Shown one piece after another: positions 19,401 to 29,195 of a stretch of DNA of 63,869 nucleotides (position 1 is its first letter; each line of letters opens with the position of its first letter). The stretch spans positions 1 to 63,869 of the IMG/VR virus record IMGVR_UViG_3300027816_000108. One strand, written 5' to 3'. Below the pieces are notes generated by a model. That model saw nothing but the letters and a program-made list of their open reading frames with translations. It searched no databases and had not been told where the DNA came from. This DNA comes from a virus. Taxonomy: Duplodnaviria; Caudoviricetes. The translations under genes were made by a program, and so were the position numbers.

Positions 19401-22400
19401 TTGAGGGAGAAAAAGCAAAGCCAACAGAACCCGCACAATCGGATAAGTCTTACATAGAAGCACAAGAGGTAACAGCAAATGTTTCAAAGGAAAATCCCGA
19501 AGCAAGTGTATTAATACAACCTAAAGGGGATGATTTAGTATTAACAGCAGTATATGTAGGTAAAGAAAAGCGTGGAAAGGGTATTGGCTCAAAGGTGCTT
19601 GAAACCGTAAAAAGCGAAGCAGATAGACTTGGTAAAAAAGTAGTATTAGATGCCACAAACGAATTGGATAGTGAAACCAATTTGGAACGACTTGGTAATT
19701 TTTACGAAAAAAACGGGTTCAAAAAGATTGGTGAAAATAAGTTTGAATACACACCCCAAGAAGTAGTATCTGAAACTCCTGCATTAAGAGATGTAGAGAG
19801 TACGGCTAAGGCGTTGGAGGGGGTAAAAGGGAAAAGTGGGAAAGATGTTTATTTGGAAGCCCAAAAAGCAGGTAGCGAGAATAACGATTTTGATGAAAAC
19901 ATGAGTGAATATCAAAATCAAATTGAGCAAAATGAATATTTGTTATTAAATATACCAATAGAAAAATTAGTAGAAAATGACCCTGATTTAAAGGAATACA
20001 TAGATGCTGGCATAGATGAATCTTCCCCCAAAAGAAGTATTAAACAACCAATAATTATTGGAAACGCAGAAAGAGGGTCGTTTAATACTATAAAAGACGG
20101 TGTTATTGATGGTTTTCATAGAGTAGAGCAATCTATAATAAATGGTGAAAAGTTTGTAAAGGCGTATGTGCCTAAAAACTCGAAATTAATTTCCGAAGCG
20201 TATCACAAAGCAAAAGCAGACAGAAGCAATCCTGAATTAGTAAAAGCAGTAGAGGAACTAATAACTAAACAATATGAACAAGAAATCAAACAAAAAGATG
20301 CCCAACCCCTGTCAGAAGGGGTACGAGGCTTACGGACTGAAACCGAAGAACGGGAAGCAAGTGCCCAACTGCGTACCGAAAAAGAAGAAGTAAAACCCGA
20401 ACTAACCCCCGCAGAAAAGACCAACCTTGAAAGTGTAGGAGAACAAGTAGGTAAAAACTTTAGAGAAGTACAGAATGTATATGCTAAATACGGTGAGGGT
20501 AAGCCCCTATCAGAAATAACAGCAGAAGATTACCGCAAAGCGCAGGAAAAGCGTGACGCATCAAAAGCCCCTGACATTGAACAGGTTGCCCAAAAATCAG
20601 GCATAACGCCTAAAAACCTAAAAGACCTGTACAACATTAACAGAGATTTGTTTGGGCTTGATAGAATCAAGTCTTTTGCCTCTGCAATAGCAATGGATAG
20701 AATGGTGGGGGCGATGGCTAAACGAGCAGGTATTACCAAAGAACAAATGTATGGTAGGTTGGATTTCAAAAAAGACACACAAGAAAACGTACTAAAAGCC
20801 GACAATGCGCTATTTCAGGGAACAGTAAACGGGCAAGAGGTATCATTAAAAAACATCGATATTGATGTAGTAAACGGGTTTTACTCACCCATAGAGAAAC
20901 GCCTTGCCGAAACCAAAATTGAAAAGCAAAGCGCAAATAAATGGCTTACTGTAATAGGCAAGGGGGATGAAGCTACTTGGACAGGAGTAAGAGCATGGCT
21001 TGAAAGCAAAAACCCACAAGAAACTGTATCTAAATCTGAAATCCAACAATGGATGAAAGATAATAGGATTAGTGTTGTTGAGGTGGTGAAGGGAGAAAAA
21101 GAAAAGCCAAAGCAATACCAAAGGTTTGATGAAATAATAGATACGCTTAAAAGCAGGGGTTACGATGTTGAGGTAGAAGATTACGGAGGCATGGATATGG
21201 GTGTAAGAGGTGTAGATGATGGGCAGGTGTACTTAGACACAGGTAATTATTATTCAAAAAGGGAAGATTTAATAAGAGAGGGGTATTCCGTAAAAGACAC
21301 ATACGAAGAAGATGTTAAACTTTTGGAAGAGGCAAAAAAAATAGCATCAAACCTTGCTTACAGACAACAAAAAGAAGATACTTTATCTGAAACCAAATTT
21401 TCCCAATACCAATTAGAAGGAGAAAAGGAAAACTACAAAGAGATATTGGTTACGTTGCCTAATAAAAATAAATATGATTCAATAGAAAAAAGAGAGAATG
21501 ACAAGGCAAAAGAGTTATTTGGTAAAAGTTTCGATGAACTTGATATATATGAAAAAGGTAAGGTAAGCAATATTATTGCAACCCAAAGTAGAGAAATTGT
21601 CGGTTTTAAATCCACCCACTTTGACGAACCTAACATCCTTGTTCACTTGCGTATGAACACCCGTACTGATGCAGATGGTAACAAAGTATTGTTTTTGGAG
21701 GAAGTGCAAAGTGATTGGGGGCAACAAGGAAAGAGAGAAGGTTTTGAAATAGACAAATCGCAAAAAATTAAAGAACTTGAAGAAAAGTTAAAACAAGCGT
21801 GGGAAAAACAATCTAAAGAAACTGACTTTTTAAAAAGAGGTGAAATTTACGAAACAGAAGTAAAGCCACTTGGTTTTGCACTTGAAGAAGCTAAAAATCA
21901 AAACAGAATACAAAAAACTCCAACCGCACCATTCGTAACCGACACAAACGCTTGGACTAAATTAGGTTTAAAAGTAGCATTAAAAGAAGCAGTAAAACAA
22001 GGTGCTGATAAGATTGCATGGACAACAGGAGAGCAGCAGAATGACAGGTATGATTTGAGTAAATCAGTTGATAAAGTTTACTACAATCCAAAAACGAAAG
22101 AATTTGGTTATTTTGGTACAGACAATTTACAGCCCGATGTGTTCCCTAAAACAGAACCAAGCAAGATTGTAGATTATGTAGGTAAAGACGTTGCAGAAAG
22201 ATTATTAAATTCAGAAGTTAATGAAGATGGGCTACAAGAACTAAAAGGCAATGATTTAAAAGTAGGTGGTAAAGGAATGAAAGGCTTTTACGGTTCACCA
22301 ACAGAAGGTAGTTTAGGCATAGTAGGTAATGTAGCAAAGAGTTTATCTAAGCAAGAGCCGAAAACTATTGAGATAACAACACAATTTAAACAACCTACAC

Positions 22401-23260
22401 AAGAAATATACGAAAGCCCAAATGGCAATTGGTTTGTTGATTGGACAGAAGAAAATGGTAGAACATATCAAAAAACATTTAAAACAGAAAAAGAAGCAAA
22501 AGTTTGGGCGAAAGAGAATTTAACAACTACTACATCAACCCAACACTCCATAGACATAACGCCTGAACTAAGAGCGGAAGTAGAACGTGGCTTGGCATTA
22601 TTTCAAAGAGAACAGGGTGGCAAGGCTAAGGGTGCAATGGTAGCAGCAGACGGAAGTTACGTTATCTACGCCTTAACAGACCCCAATGTAAGCACCCCGT
22701 TACACGAACTTGCCCACGTATTTGAGCATTACCTGACTGATGCAGAGATAGCAACCGTAATTAAAAACGCAGGTACAAAAGGTTGGACAACCGAAACAAG
22801 TGAATACTTTGCAAGAGGTTTTGAAAAATACCTTGCAGAGGGTAAATCACCTATTGAAGCCCTAAATAAAGTATTTGCCAAGTTCAAAGAATGGCTTACC
22901 GAAATTTACAATGGCATAAAAGGCTCAGGCATAGATGTTAAGCTAAATAACGAAATGCGTAGTATCTATGACAAGATGCTTGGTGTTGAAAAGCTAATTG
23001 ACGAGCAGGTAGTAGATGAAGTAGCCGAAAAGGTAATACAAGCCCGTGATGCAAAAAGGGGATATGACAAGAAAGGTGGCAGGAAAAAAGCATTTGAAAC
23101 CCAAGCTACGCTAAATGAAAAAGCCCAAAAAGCAATGGACGGTGTAGATACCAAATCCCCTGAATATGAAACCGTTAAGGCTATCGAAGAAAACATAGAC
23201 GATATTATGAATGATTTGATGAACAACGGTTTAATAGAAGACACAGATTGTGTATTATAG
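16451..23260 (+). CDS. Giant polyvalent/ejection protein (GNAT, ParB-like and zincin HExxH domains)
   Basis: VYVGKEKRGKGIG...FYEKNGF (GNAT); PIII...IDGFHRV (ParB/Srx-like); EEVQSDW domain; PLHELAH at 22703-22717; N-terminal tandem repeat LRDFVATSNSGKY. Confidence 0.75.
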   Translation: MEQQDPIKDALRDFVATSNSGKYSSEDELLSKFPELKGFDKQVLRDFVATSNSGKYKTEEEIFSKFPEFQDIKKKIPTEPTTSVSKSGGVPTSPLIFTSASESPEGKPKTFGEIGGAPPKPKALKETLISPKPQEQPTFGELAEQGKIKREENKDKYAVFQGYEGLQSELSAIDKALNSSEIKNASRYVDKAEKDYLLNRKAELENKRLTTKQNATLNYKQTQAELDKFIQGDIKTNGLDYFTRVNNSGFKVADPEKIDEWAKNLSMMSGMSDEGYFKDLAYNKMKSNIQYEIAKPEIEKTFNSLYEKKYGKKTQQDIQAEFEKTFKAQQDIEQQLTLQVSSVVNQIKQSQQADINQIKNTYQPQLDALNVGYEQQTQEIKTQANALNQLYTTKQISYEDYVRGINELNAGIQQSNVQYKEQFNAAATEYLNAQRELNGKYAARYKRQVAELKAMADNRLKQELAKYQKEYKISPELQKRYNDTWKEATNVFAESEEGLKRGLDELKPSSYVFAQSVISGLGGAVSSLSTSLGYDGGKVMGDYLSSMFTLSNPEIKEAKDLLDLTKLSRSTGEMIGGMLPIMAAQAITATATGGLSIPTQLALQGGVAFTVETAQLGGAMYDETFERTGNVAEAEKAAAKVIQGNLYLLPLYAVDGLPFIDNATLGLKNIFLKGAAKGGVEVATELPQEFFQGAFEDLARSNKDISQIGENITLDRLENTLLNIVPSSFAMGATPTYLGDMKNLWTKIEAKSLAAKHDLSKLSETAVQQYMYDMYLRYGESFSKAYLSGLYQSNKIDEVQAKRLTDILDSAKTVIENSERFKLTKGQSKVYAALLFDYENAKTEAESATDEIVKDSLNKKANQLKAIASDYLSNKNAEFAVIVLPNNEQYVVTLQEATDMLDDASFSNKVRANEVKIVPQSTQKTEQFNTLENRLKTIANEPITRTDEGRVTTTEEPIRAAATTGEEGVQETNVPIGEEVVQTVEGEKAKPTEPAQSDKSYIEAQEVTANVSKENPEASVLIQPKGDDLVLTAVYVGKEKRGKGIGSKVLETVKSEADRLGKKVVLDATNELDSETNLERLGNFYEKNGFKKIGENKFEYTPQEVVSETPALRDVESTAKALEGVKGKSGKDVYLEAQKAGSENNDFDENMSEYQNQIEQNEYLLLNIPIEKLVENDPDLKEYIDAGIDESSPKRSIKQPIIIGNAERGSFNTIKDGVIDGFHRVEQSIINGEKFVKAYVPKNSKLISEAYHKAKADRSNPELVKAVEELITKQYEQEIKQKDAQPLSEGVRGLRTETEEREASAQLRTEKEEVKPELTPAEKTNLESVGEQVGKNFREVQNVYAKYGEGKPLSEITAEDYRKAQEKRDASKAPDIEQVAQKSGITPKNLKDLYNINRDLFGLDRIKSFASAIAMDRMVGAMAKRAGITKEQMYGRLDFKKDTQENVLKADNALFQGTVNGQEVSLKNIDIDVVNGFYSPIEKRLAETKIEKQSANKWLTVIGKGDEATWTGVRAWLESKNPQETVSKSEIQQWMKDNRISVVEVVKGEKEKPKQYQRFDEIIDTLKSRGYDVEVEDYGGMDMGVRGVDDGQVYLDTGNYYSKREDLIREGYSVKDTYEEDVKLLEEAKKIASNLAYRQQKEDTLSETKFSQYQLEGEKENYKEILVTLPNKNKYDSIEKRENDKAKELFGKSFDELDIYEKGKVSNIIATQSREIVGFKSTHFDEPNILVHLRMNTRTDADGNKVLFLEEVQSDWGQQGKREGFEIDKSQKIKELEEKLKQAWEKQSKETDFLKRGEIYETEVKPLGFALEEAKNQNRIQKTPTAPFVTDTNAWTKLGLKVALKEAVKQGADKIAWTTGEQQNDRYDLSKSVDKVYYNPKTKEFGYFGTDNLQPDVFPKTEPSKIVDYVGKDVAERLLNSEVNEDGLQELKGNDLKVGGKGMKGFYGSPTEGSLGIVGNVAKSLSKQEPKTIEITTQFKQPTQEIYESPNGNWFVDWTEENGRTYQKTFKTEKEAKVWAKENLTTTTSTQHSIDITPELRAEVERGLALFQREQGGKAKGAMVAADGSYVIYALTDPNVSTPLHELAHVFEHYLTDAEIATVIKNAGTKGWTTETSEYFARGFEKYLAEGKSPIEALNKVFAKFKEWLTEIYNGIKGSGIDVKLNNEMRSIYDKMLGVEKLIDEQVVDEVAEKVIQARDAKRGYDKKGGRKKAFETQATLNEKAQKAMDGVDTKSPEYETVKAIEENIDDIMNDLMNNGLIEDTDCVL

Positions 23261-23284
23261 CCCAAAAAATAGTATATTTGCATT

Positions 23285-23776
23285 ATGCACGACATATATA
23301 AACTTTCGCAGCCCGTTATTGATATAATCAATCCATTAGCTAAAATGGAGTTATTTCAAACAAGTTTCTATACCCGATTAGGGGCAATAGCAAACAACTT
23401 GGGATTCCTTGTAGCCGAGCAGTATTTCTATGCTGAAAGCAACGAGGAAAAGACACATTTTGATATGTGGAAAGATTATGTACTTGGCAGGGGAAATGAC
23501 TTTGACGTGCCAACTATTGAAGCCCCCGATTTGAGTGGTAAATCATTGTACGAACTAAGCGAACTTGCCCTTGAAATAGAAGCAGAGGTAAGCGGTATGT
23601 ACCAAGATGCAGCCATGAAGGTGTTTCCGATTTGCCAAATGACATACCGCAAAATGCAGGAGTTCATCAAGATACAAGAAGAAGCCATGAAGTTTTACGT
23701 TGACGTATGTACGGTATTGGTAGGACTTGACAAAACGGGTGAACTTGTAGTAGAAAAAACACTGTTTAAAGCATAA
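23285..23776 (+). CDS. Ferritin-like protein
   Basis: E22, Y29, E54, E55, H58, E99, Q131 match FtnA ferroxidase ligand spacing; own TATATTTG promoter. Confidence 0.85.
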   Translation: MHDIYKLSQPVIDIINPLAKMELFQTSFYTRLGAIANNLGFLVAEQYFYAESNEEKTHFDMWKDYVLGRGNDFDVPTIEAPDLSGKSLYELSELALEIEAEVSGMYQDAAMKVFPICQMTYRKMQEFIKIQEEAMKFYVDVCTVLVGLDKTGELVVEKTLFKA

Positions 23777-26700
23777 TGGCTTGTAACTTAACATTAAGTA
23801 GTGAACTTGCTGAACGGGTAGGTTTAAAGGATAAAGACGGTAATACACGCAAAAAGATTACCCAAGCCGAGTTTTTGTCTTGGTTATCAAAGGGTAACAT
23901 AGAGCAGTTGATAGAAGAAGGCGTGTTAGATGCCAAAAAGTTTCAGAAACTGCGTGATGCGTTATACACCAAAAAAGAAGCACTAAAAGCAGCAGCAGCC
24001 GCAACGGGTAAAACTAAGAACTTAAAAGCAGCTATTCGTGAAAGCATAAAAGGTGCGGTAAAGTATGTAACCAAAACCGTAGGCGATTTTACAAAAGAGT
24101 TATACAAAGCCGAGCAAGCGGGGTCAAAAGCAGGTGCGAAGTATCAAAAGCAAATAACAGCCGAATTACAACGTGCATTTTCTGAATACCAAAAGGAAAA
24201 TCCTCTACCAAAGATTGCAGACAGAACAAAGGCAACAAGAATGAAACTTGCGGTTGAAAGACGTGCAAAGCGTATAACCAACCAAAAAAGCCTTATAAAA
24301 GCGATTGACTATTACAATAACTTACTGCGTGATGCAGAATACATTGAACGGGTAGATGCACTACGCAAGGCGCAGAAGGCAGTACTGCGTGTAAACAAAG
24401 ATGGATTACCTGCAACAGACCTTGCGTTCATTACGCAAATACGTGGCATTATACCGGAAAGGGTGTTTAACATTGATGCGTTTACCGAAGCGTTAAATGC
24501 GTATGCAGCAAACTTAGGTGCAAAAGCACCACAAACACTTGACATACGTAAAAGGTTGCAGAATTTATTTGCCGAGCAAGCAGATTTATTAACCGCACAA
24601 CAAGAAGAAATAGACAAGGCAAAGCGTGAGTTCTATGACGATATGTACCAACAAGCCATTGCAACGGGTGTTTTTGAGGGCACAATAGATGATTACATCA
24701 ATTGGCTTGAATCCCCCATTGTGGAAAATATGGTACAACCCGCAGAACCCTCCACAGATAAAAAAGCCGAGTTTGTAAAAGAGTTCAAAGACTTCCTTAA
24801 CTTCCTTGTGGATGAAATGGATTTAAGTTCCATTATAGGTGAGTATGACGGTACGGTAGAACAGAAGCGACAGATACGTGAAATGTACCAAAGCATAGTA
24901 GGTGCAAGCGAAGAAACGCTAATGAAAGTGCCTACTATCAATTTGATAAAACTTCAAAACATACTCAACAACATAGTAAGCGAGGGGGATTATACGGGAT
25001 TTGGGGATATGATACCCCAAGTAATTGAGCAGACCGAACGGTTAAAAAACTTACGTGGTTTAAACTTTAGAAACATAGAAACAAAGTTATTAGGCGATAA
25101 GAACGTAAAGAACTTGCAGGTGCTATTAAATTCCATAATAGCGGGTAATTCTGATGCGTTTATAGGGCAGTTGTTTGGGCGTACATTTGGTAAGTTTGCA
25201 GCAGCCCAAAAGAAATTAGCCTTTCTTATGGCTGAATTTGATAAAGAATTAGCCAAAGCAAAGGATAGCTATAAGACAGCCATACACGTAGATACTATTG
25301 GGTTTATCAACCAATGGCAAGCGGGTATGACACAAGAAGAAGCCGAAGCCCATGTACGTGAACGTGCAGAGCGCAGGGCAAGTGATTACGCATCGGTTAT
25401 CGAAAATAACACCCGTGAAGGTCAAACCGAAAGGCAAAAGGCACTTGTAAACGAAGCGGTAGTGGGGCTTGAATACTTGCAAAAAATAGGTGCAATATCC
25501 GATTTAAACATAAACAGAGAAACGGGTGAGGTATCATTTGAACCCGTAGAAACATTTGTGTTTGATGAAACTATAATGAACAAGGACGAAGCGCGGGTGT
25601 ACAACTTTGTACGTAACTTCTTTGAAAACAATACCGAAGATGTTATGCGTAACATTGCGGTGTACACAGCCCGTCCCGCAGAAAAATGGATAAACTATTA
25701 CCCCACCGTAACATATCAGCAGTACCAAACCGCAGAAACAATAGAAAGCACATCGCAGATATTCCCAACGGTAAATATGTACCCCGCTGTTCAAAAACAA
25801 TTTGGTGCAACCAAGCAGCGTAAAGGCTTAAAGCACGATAGAGTGTATGCAACGGGATTAAGACAAGTATTACGGTACGGTGCATATCAAAACATAGTAA
25901 TGCGAGATATGCCATATTGGAAAAACTATGCGTATCAATCAGCACTTAAAACCGCACCCGTATATCAATTTTTAACCCAAGAAAAGGGGTTAGATTCAAT
26001 GGATGTTGACTATGTGCGTTCAGCGGTACAAAACTATATAGGTGCTAAATTCAACCACGCAGCCATATCAAAAGCATTTGAGCAAACGGGTAAAAAAATA
26101 TTGAACTCGGTATTTCAAGGTTTTGTTAGAACGATTATACAAAAGCCGTCACAGATTATAAAGCAGACAGCATCCCCCGCAGTATATATGCTGATACGTT
26201 CGCCAAAGTTTTATATGGATGCCATATCTGTACTGCAAACCCGAAACGGAATAATAAAAGACGGTTTAAATAGGCTTTACAGCGAATCGCCCGAACAGCT
26301 AAGACAGCTACTTGGGCAGATAGAATTAAGTGAAAAGCAATTAGCTTTTGAAAAATCCGAAACAGTAGCAGGACAAAAGGCTGCACTAACATCAGAGCGT
26401 GTTTTAGATACGTTATCAAAAGTATCCGACTTTGGTATAACCATGTTAGCCGATAGCTTAACGGTAAAAACAGCGTTTTTAACGGGGTACATTGAAAGTC
26501 TATATAAGCGTGGCGTAGTGAAAAACAAGCAAGAGTTAGCCAAGCATTTTGAAGATATAGGTAATAATGTTATTGAACCTGATGAGCGTTCATTGATTGC
26601 GGGTTCAAATTATCAAACCAAAGCCAACAACGCAAGTGACCCCGACATGGCTCCCGAAGCATTGCGTTCAAAAGGGGGCAAAACGTTATACTTTTTGAAG

Positions 26701-27963
26701 TACATAGGTATGACTATGCAGCAGTCTGCAATAGATTCATTGCGTACAACTTTTGATGACAGAGCAACCCCACAAGAGAAAAGTGTTGCAGCACGTGAAG
26801 CATTTGCTTATTTGGCACAAGCAGCGGTGTTTAGAGTTGTATCACTCGGCATAACATCATTAACCGTAGATATTGTGGCAAAATATTTACTTGATATGCC
26901 CGAAGATGAGGAAGAAAAAGAAAAAAGAAAAAATATAAAGTGGTACACAGCAACGGGTATGTTTATTAAGGATATACTCTTTGCAAGTAGAAACCTTATA
27001 TATGATGTAACAGCATCAGTATTTGTAAATCTTTTGGTGGCTGCTAAGGTAAAATCATTAAAAGAAGAATACAAAGAAAAGAATCCCAATGCAAAGAGCA
27101 CACCATATGACGGGTATCAAGAGGGGTATAATATGTTTTTTGGCGACCCCTCATTGGACAACACATCAACGGGAGTAATCATAGGTGCAATGCAGGGGAT
27201 GTACGATATATATGAAAAATACGAAAAGAATGCAGATAAATTTGGTGACGAAGGCTTTAATCTAACCCCTGAAATGGCAGCAGCGGTAAAGGGTGTTCCA
27301 TTTTTGTTGGGTAACGGTACATTGAATGAGTTGTCGGGTTGGAATATGCAGGGTAACATTAAGCCCGAAGACACCAAAACAGCTAATTTATCAGCCAAAG
27401 CGGGTATCCCGTCAAAAGATGCACGTCAAGCCATAATCGAATACGGCAAAATAGGTGTAAATCACCAAGATAACAAGTACGATGAAAACGGCAATCTGCG
27501 TAAATTGGGTTATAAGAATTTTGTGTTTATACCACCCCAAAAAATAGTAACCGATGACAATATAGATAGCAACATACGGGTGATGCTGTCAAATGAATTT
27601 AGGCTTATACTGAACGGGCAGCAAGCGCAAGCGTGGTTGGAAATACGCAACTACATGAAAAATAGAATAGAAAGCGCAAAAGCACAGCAGGATGTAGGTA
27701 GTGAAGTAGATAAAGCCACAAAAGATTTAGGGTTCAGCGTAAGCAGCAAATTGCGGGAAAAGATTATAAAAGACGCAATAGGTGTACGTGAAAGCTATTA
27801 CAATCAACTTGCAAATCAAATCATTTACTATTTATCAAATGGACAATTAAAAGAGTCACAATTAGGTAGTGCATTTGGTGTTGATGACGCAAAAGCCAAA
27901 CAGCTATATAGTAAATACAGAAGTTTAGGTTCAATCAAGCAGATACAAACAATACAAGAATAA
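23776..27963 (+). CDS. Large internal virion/ejection protein
   Basis: 1395 aa helical protein in the ejection cluster with late hydrophobic segments. Confidence 0.55.
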   Translation: MACNLTLSSELAERVGLKDKDGNTRKKITQAEFLSWLSKGNIEQLIEEGVLDAKKFQKLRDALYTKKEALKAAAAATGKTKNLKAAIRESIKGAVKYVTKTVGDFTKELYKAEQAGSKAGAKYQKQITAELQRAFSEYQKENPLPKIADRTKATRMKLAVERRAKRITNQKSLIKAIDYYNNLLRDAEYIERVDALRKAQKAVLRVNKDGLPATDLAFITQIRGIIPERVFNIDAFTEALNAYAANLGAKAPQTLDIRKRLQNLFAEQADLLTAQQEEIDKAKREFYDDMYQQAIATGVFEGTIDDYINWLESPIVENMVQPAEPSTDKKAEFVKEFKDFLNFLVDEMDLSSIIGEYDGTVEQKRQIREMYQSIVGASEETLMKVPTINLIKLQNILNNIVSEGDYTGFGDMIPQVIEQTERLKNLRGLNFRNIETKLLGDKNVKNLQVLLNSIIAGNSDAFIGQLFGRTFGKFAAAQKKLAFLMAEFDKELAKAKDSYKTAIHVDTIGFINQWQAGMTQEEAEAHVRERAERRASDYASVIENNTREGQTERQKALVNEAVVGLEYLQKIGAISDLNINRETGEVSFEPVETFVFDETIMNKDEARVYNFVRNFFENNTEDVMRNIAVYTARPAEKWINYYPTVTYQQYQTAETIESTSQIFPTVNMYPAVQKQFGATKQRKGLKHDRVYATGLRQVLRYGAYQNIVMRDMPYWKNYAYQSALKTAPVYQFLTQEKGLDSMDVDYVRSAVQNYIGAKFNHAAISKAFEQTGKKILNSVFQGFVRTIIQKPSQIIKQTASPAVYMLIRSPKFYMDAISVLQTRNGIIKDGLNRLYSESPEQLRQLLGQIELSEKQLAFEKSETVAGQKAALTSERVLDTLSKVSDFGITMLADSLTVKTAFLTGYIESLYKRGVVKNKQELAKHFEDIGNNVIEPDERSLIAGSNYQTKANNASDPDMAPEALRSKGGKTLYFLKYIGMTMQQSAIDSLRTTFDDRATPQEKSVAAREAFAYLAQAAVFRVVSLGITSLTVDIVAKYLLDMPEDEEEKEKRKNIKWYTATGMFIKDILFASRNLIYDVTASVFVNLLVAAKVKSLKEEYKEKNPNAKSTPYDGYQEGYNMFFGDPSLDNTSTGVIIGAMQGMYDIYEKYEKNADKFGDEGFNLTPEMAAAVKGVPFLLGNGTLNELSGWNMQGNIKPEDTKTANLSAKAGIPSKDARQAIIEYGKIGVNHQDNKYDENGNLRKLGYKNFVFIPPQKIVTDDNIDSNIRVMLSNEFRLILNGQQAQAWLEIRNYMKNRIESAKAQQDVGSEVDKATKDLGFSVSSKLREKIIKDAIGVRESYYNQLANQIIYYLSNGQLKESQLGSAFGVDDAKAKQLYSKYRSLGSIKQIQTIQE

Positions 27964-27964
27964 T

Positions 27965-28867
27965 ATGGCACTTGAAGTAAAAGAAAACATAGTAATCAAT
28001 GACCCCGATGGATTAGTAAGCGAATTTACCGATGTAACGGGAGTATATAGCACCAACAACACAGGTGGGTACGGCACACCAAACATTGACTACGGTGACG
28101 TAGAAATGGTGCGCCTTAAAGTGGGTAACTACGAGAATATATCCCTTGAGTTTGTTCTTGATACCGCAGGTGCGCCACTTGGTCAATACTATGAGTATCT
28201 AAAAATCGCAGGAACACCAAAGGTGTATGACGGCAAAACCATATCGGTAGGTGAGTATTTTATTCCACACGTTGCAGGATTAACCGTACAAAGTGGTGAT
28301 GAATTTACCGTAACGGGTTTTTACAGCGCACCCATATCACCCGCTACGTTTTTACCCGCAAACACTAATCCTATTTTATACCTTAATTCGGTTCAATTAG
28401 GGCAGTACGGTTCGGTAGGTGTAATATCCGACAACCTCATAAGCGCACAATACGAGGTGTACGATAGCCTTCAAATAGGTGGTTCAGCCGTAGCCGATGC
28501 AACCTACATGGCATATAGTTCAACCGTAACTTACGGGGGTAATACATACAGATTAGGTGAGGTATTTACTGCAAGCGCAGCCACAGCCATAACGGGTACG
28601 GTGGTAAAATTAGCATCATCTGTAAGCCAAGATTTTGTATTAACCTACAACATTGACAAGGCAATAAACGAATTAGTAATACGTGCTAAATCGGGCGATT
28701 GTTCATGCTACGATGATATTATTGAGGGTGTGTTAAGGGTTAGATTACTGCTTGACGGTTTGAAATGGCAAGCAAAATCAGGCACACTATCGTGGATGAA
28801 AGGGCAGGATATATTAGACTACTGCACACAAAAAATCAACGAATTAACAAATAGTAGCTGTTTTTAA
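27965..28867 (+). CDS. Virion structural protein (tail hub/adaptor-like), paralog of 30811..31674
   Basis: Shared TY..GEVFT and G.C.C motifs. Confidence 0.55.
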   Translation: MALEVKENIVINDPDGLVSEFTDVTGVYSTNNTGGYGTPNIDYGDVEMVRLKVGNYENISLEFVLDTAGAPLGQYYEYLKIAGTPKVYDGKTISVGEYFIPHVAGLTVQSGDEFTVTGFYSAPISPATFLPANTNPILYLNSVQLGQYGSVGVISDNLISAQYEVYDSLQIGGSAVADATYMAYSSTVTYGGNTYRLGEVFTASAATAITGTVVKLASSVSQDFVLTYNIDKAINELVIRAKSGDCSCYDDIIEGVLRVRLLLDGLKWQAKSGTLSWMKGQDILDYCTQKINELTNSSCF

Positions 28868-28898
28868 TTAATCAAAAATTGTCTATATTTGTGGACAG

Positions 28899-29195
28899 AT
28901 GTCATTTTACACCGAACAACAAATAGAAACTTTGACCGAAAATGCCGAGATTACCTATTTAGCTAAGGCGCAGGTAATTGCGACAATATGGGAAAGCGGT
29001 ATTGACAAGGTTCGGGAAAATAACATTATTGATGAAATGAAAAAGGCAAAAGCAATGATTGACGTTTGCAATAGCCCGATAGCCACGATTGAGCAAAAGA
29101 ACGATGCGATAGATGAGTTGGGGCGATTAGGTTATACAAGCGGTGCAACGGCAGGATATTCGGTAGGGTATGTAAGTAATTATACCAATCTGTAA
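28899..29195 (+). CDS. Small structural protein
   Basis: TAATG-coupled to the tail fiber gene. Confidence 0.55.
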   Translation: MSFYTEQQIETLTENAEITYLAKAQVIATIWESGIDKVRENNIIDEMKKAKAMIDVCNSPIATIEQKNDAIDELGRLGYTSGATAGYSVGYVSNYTNL

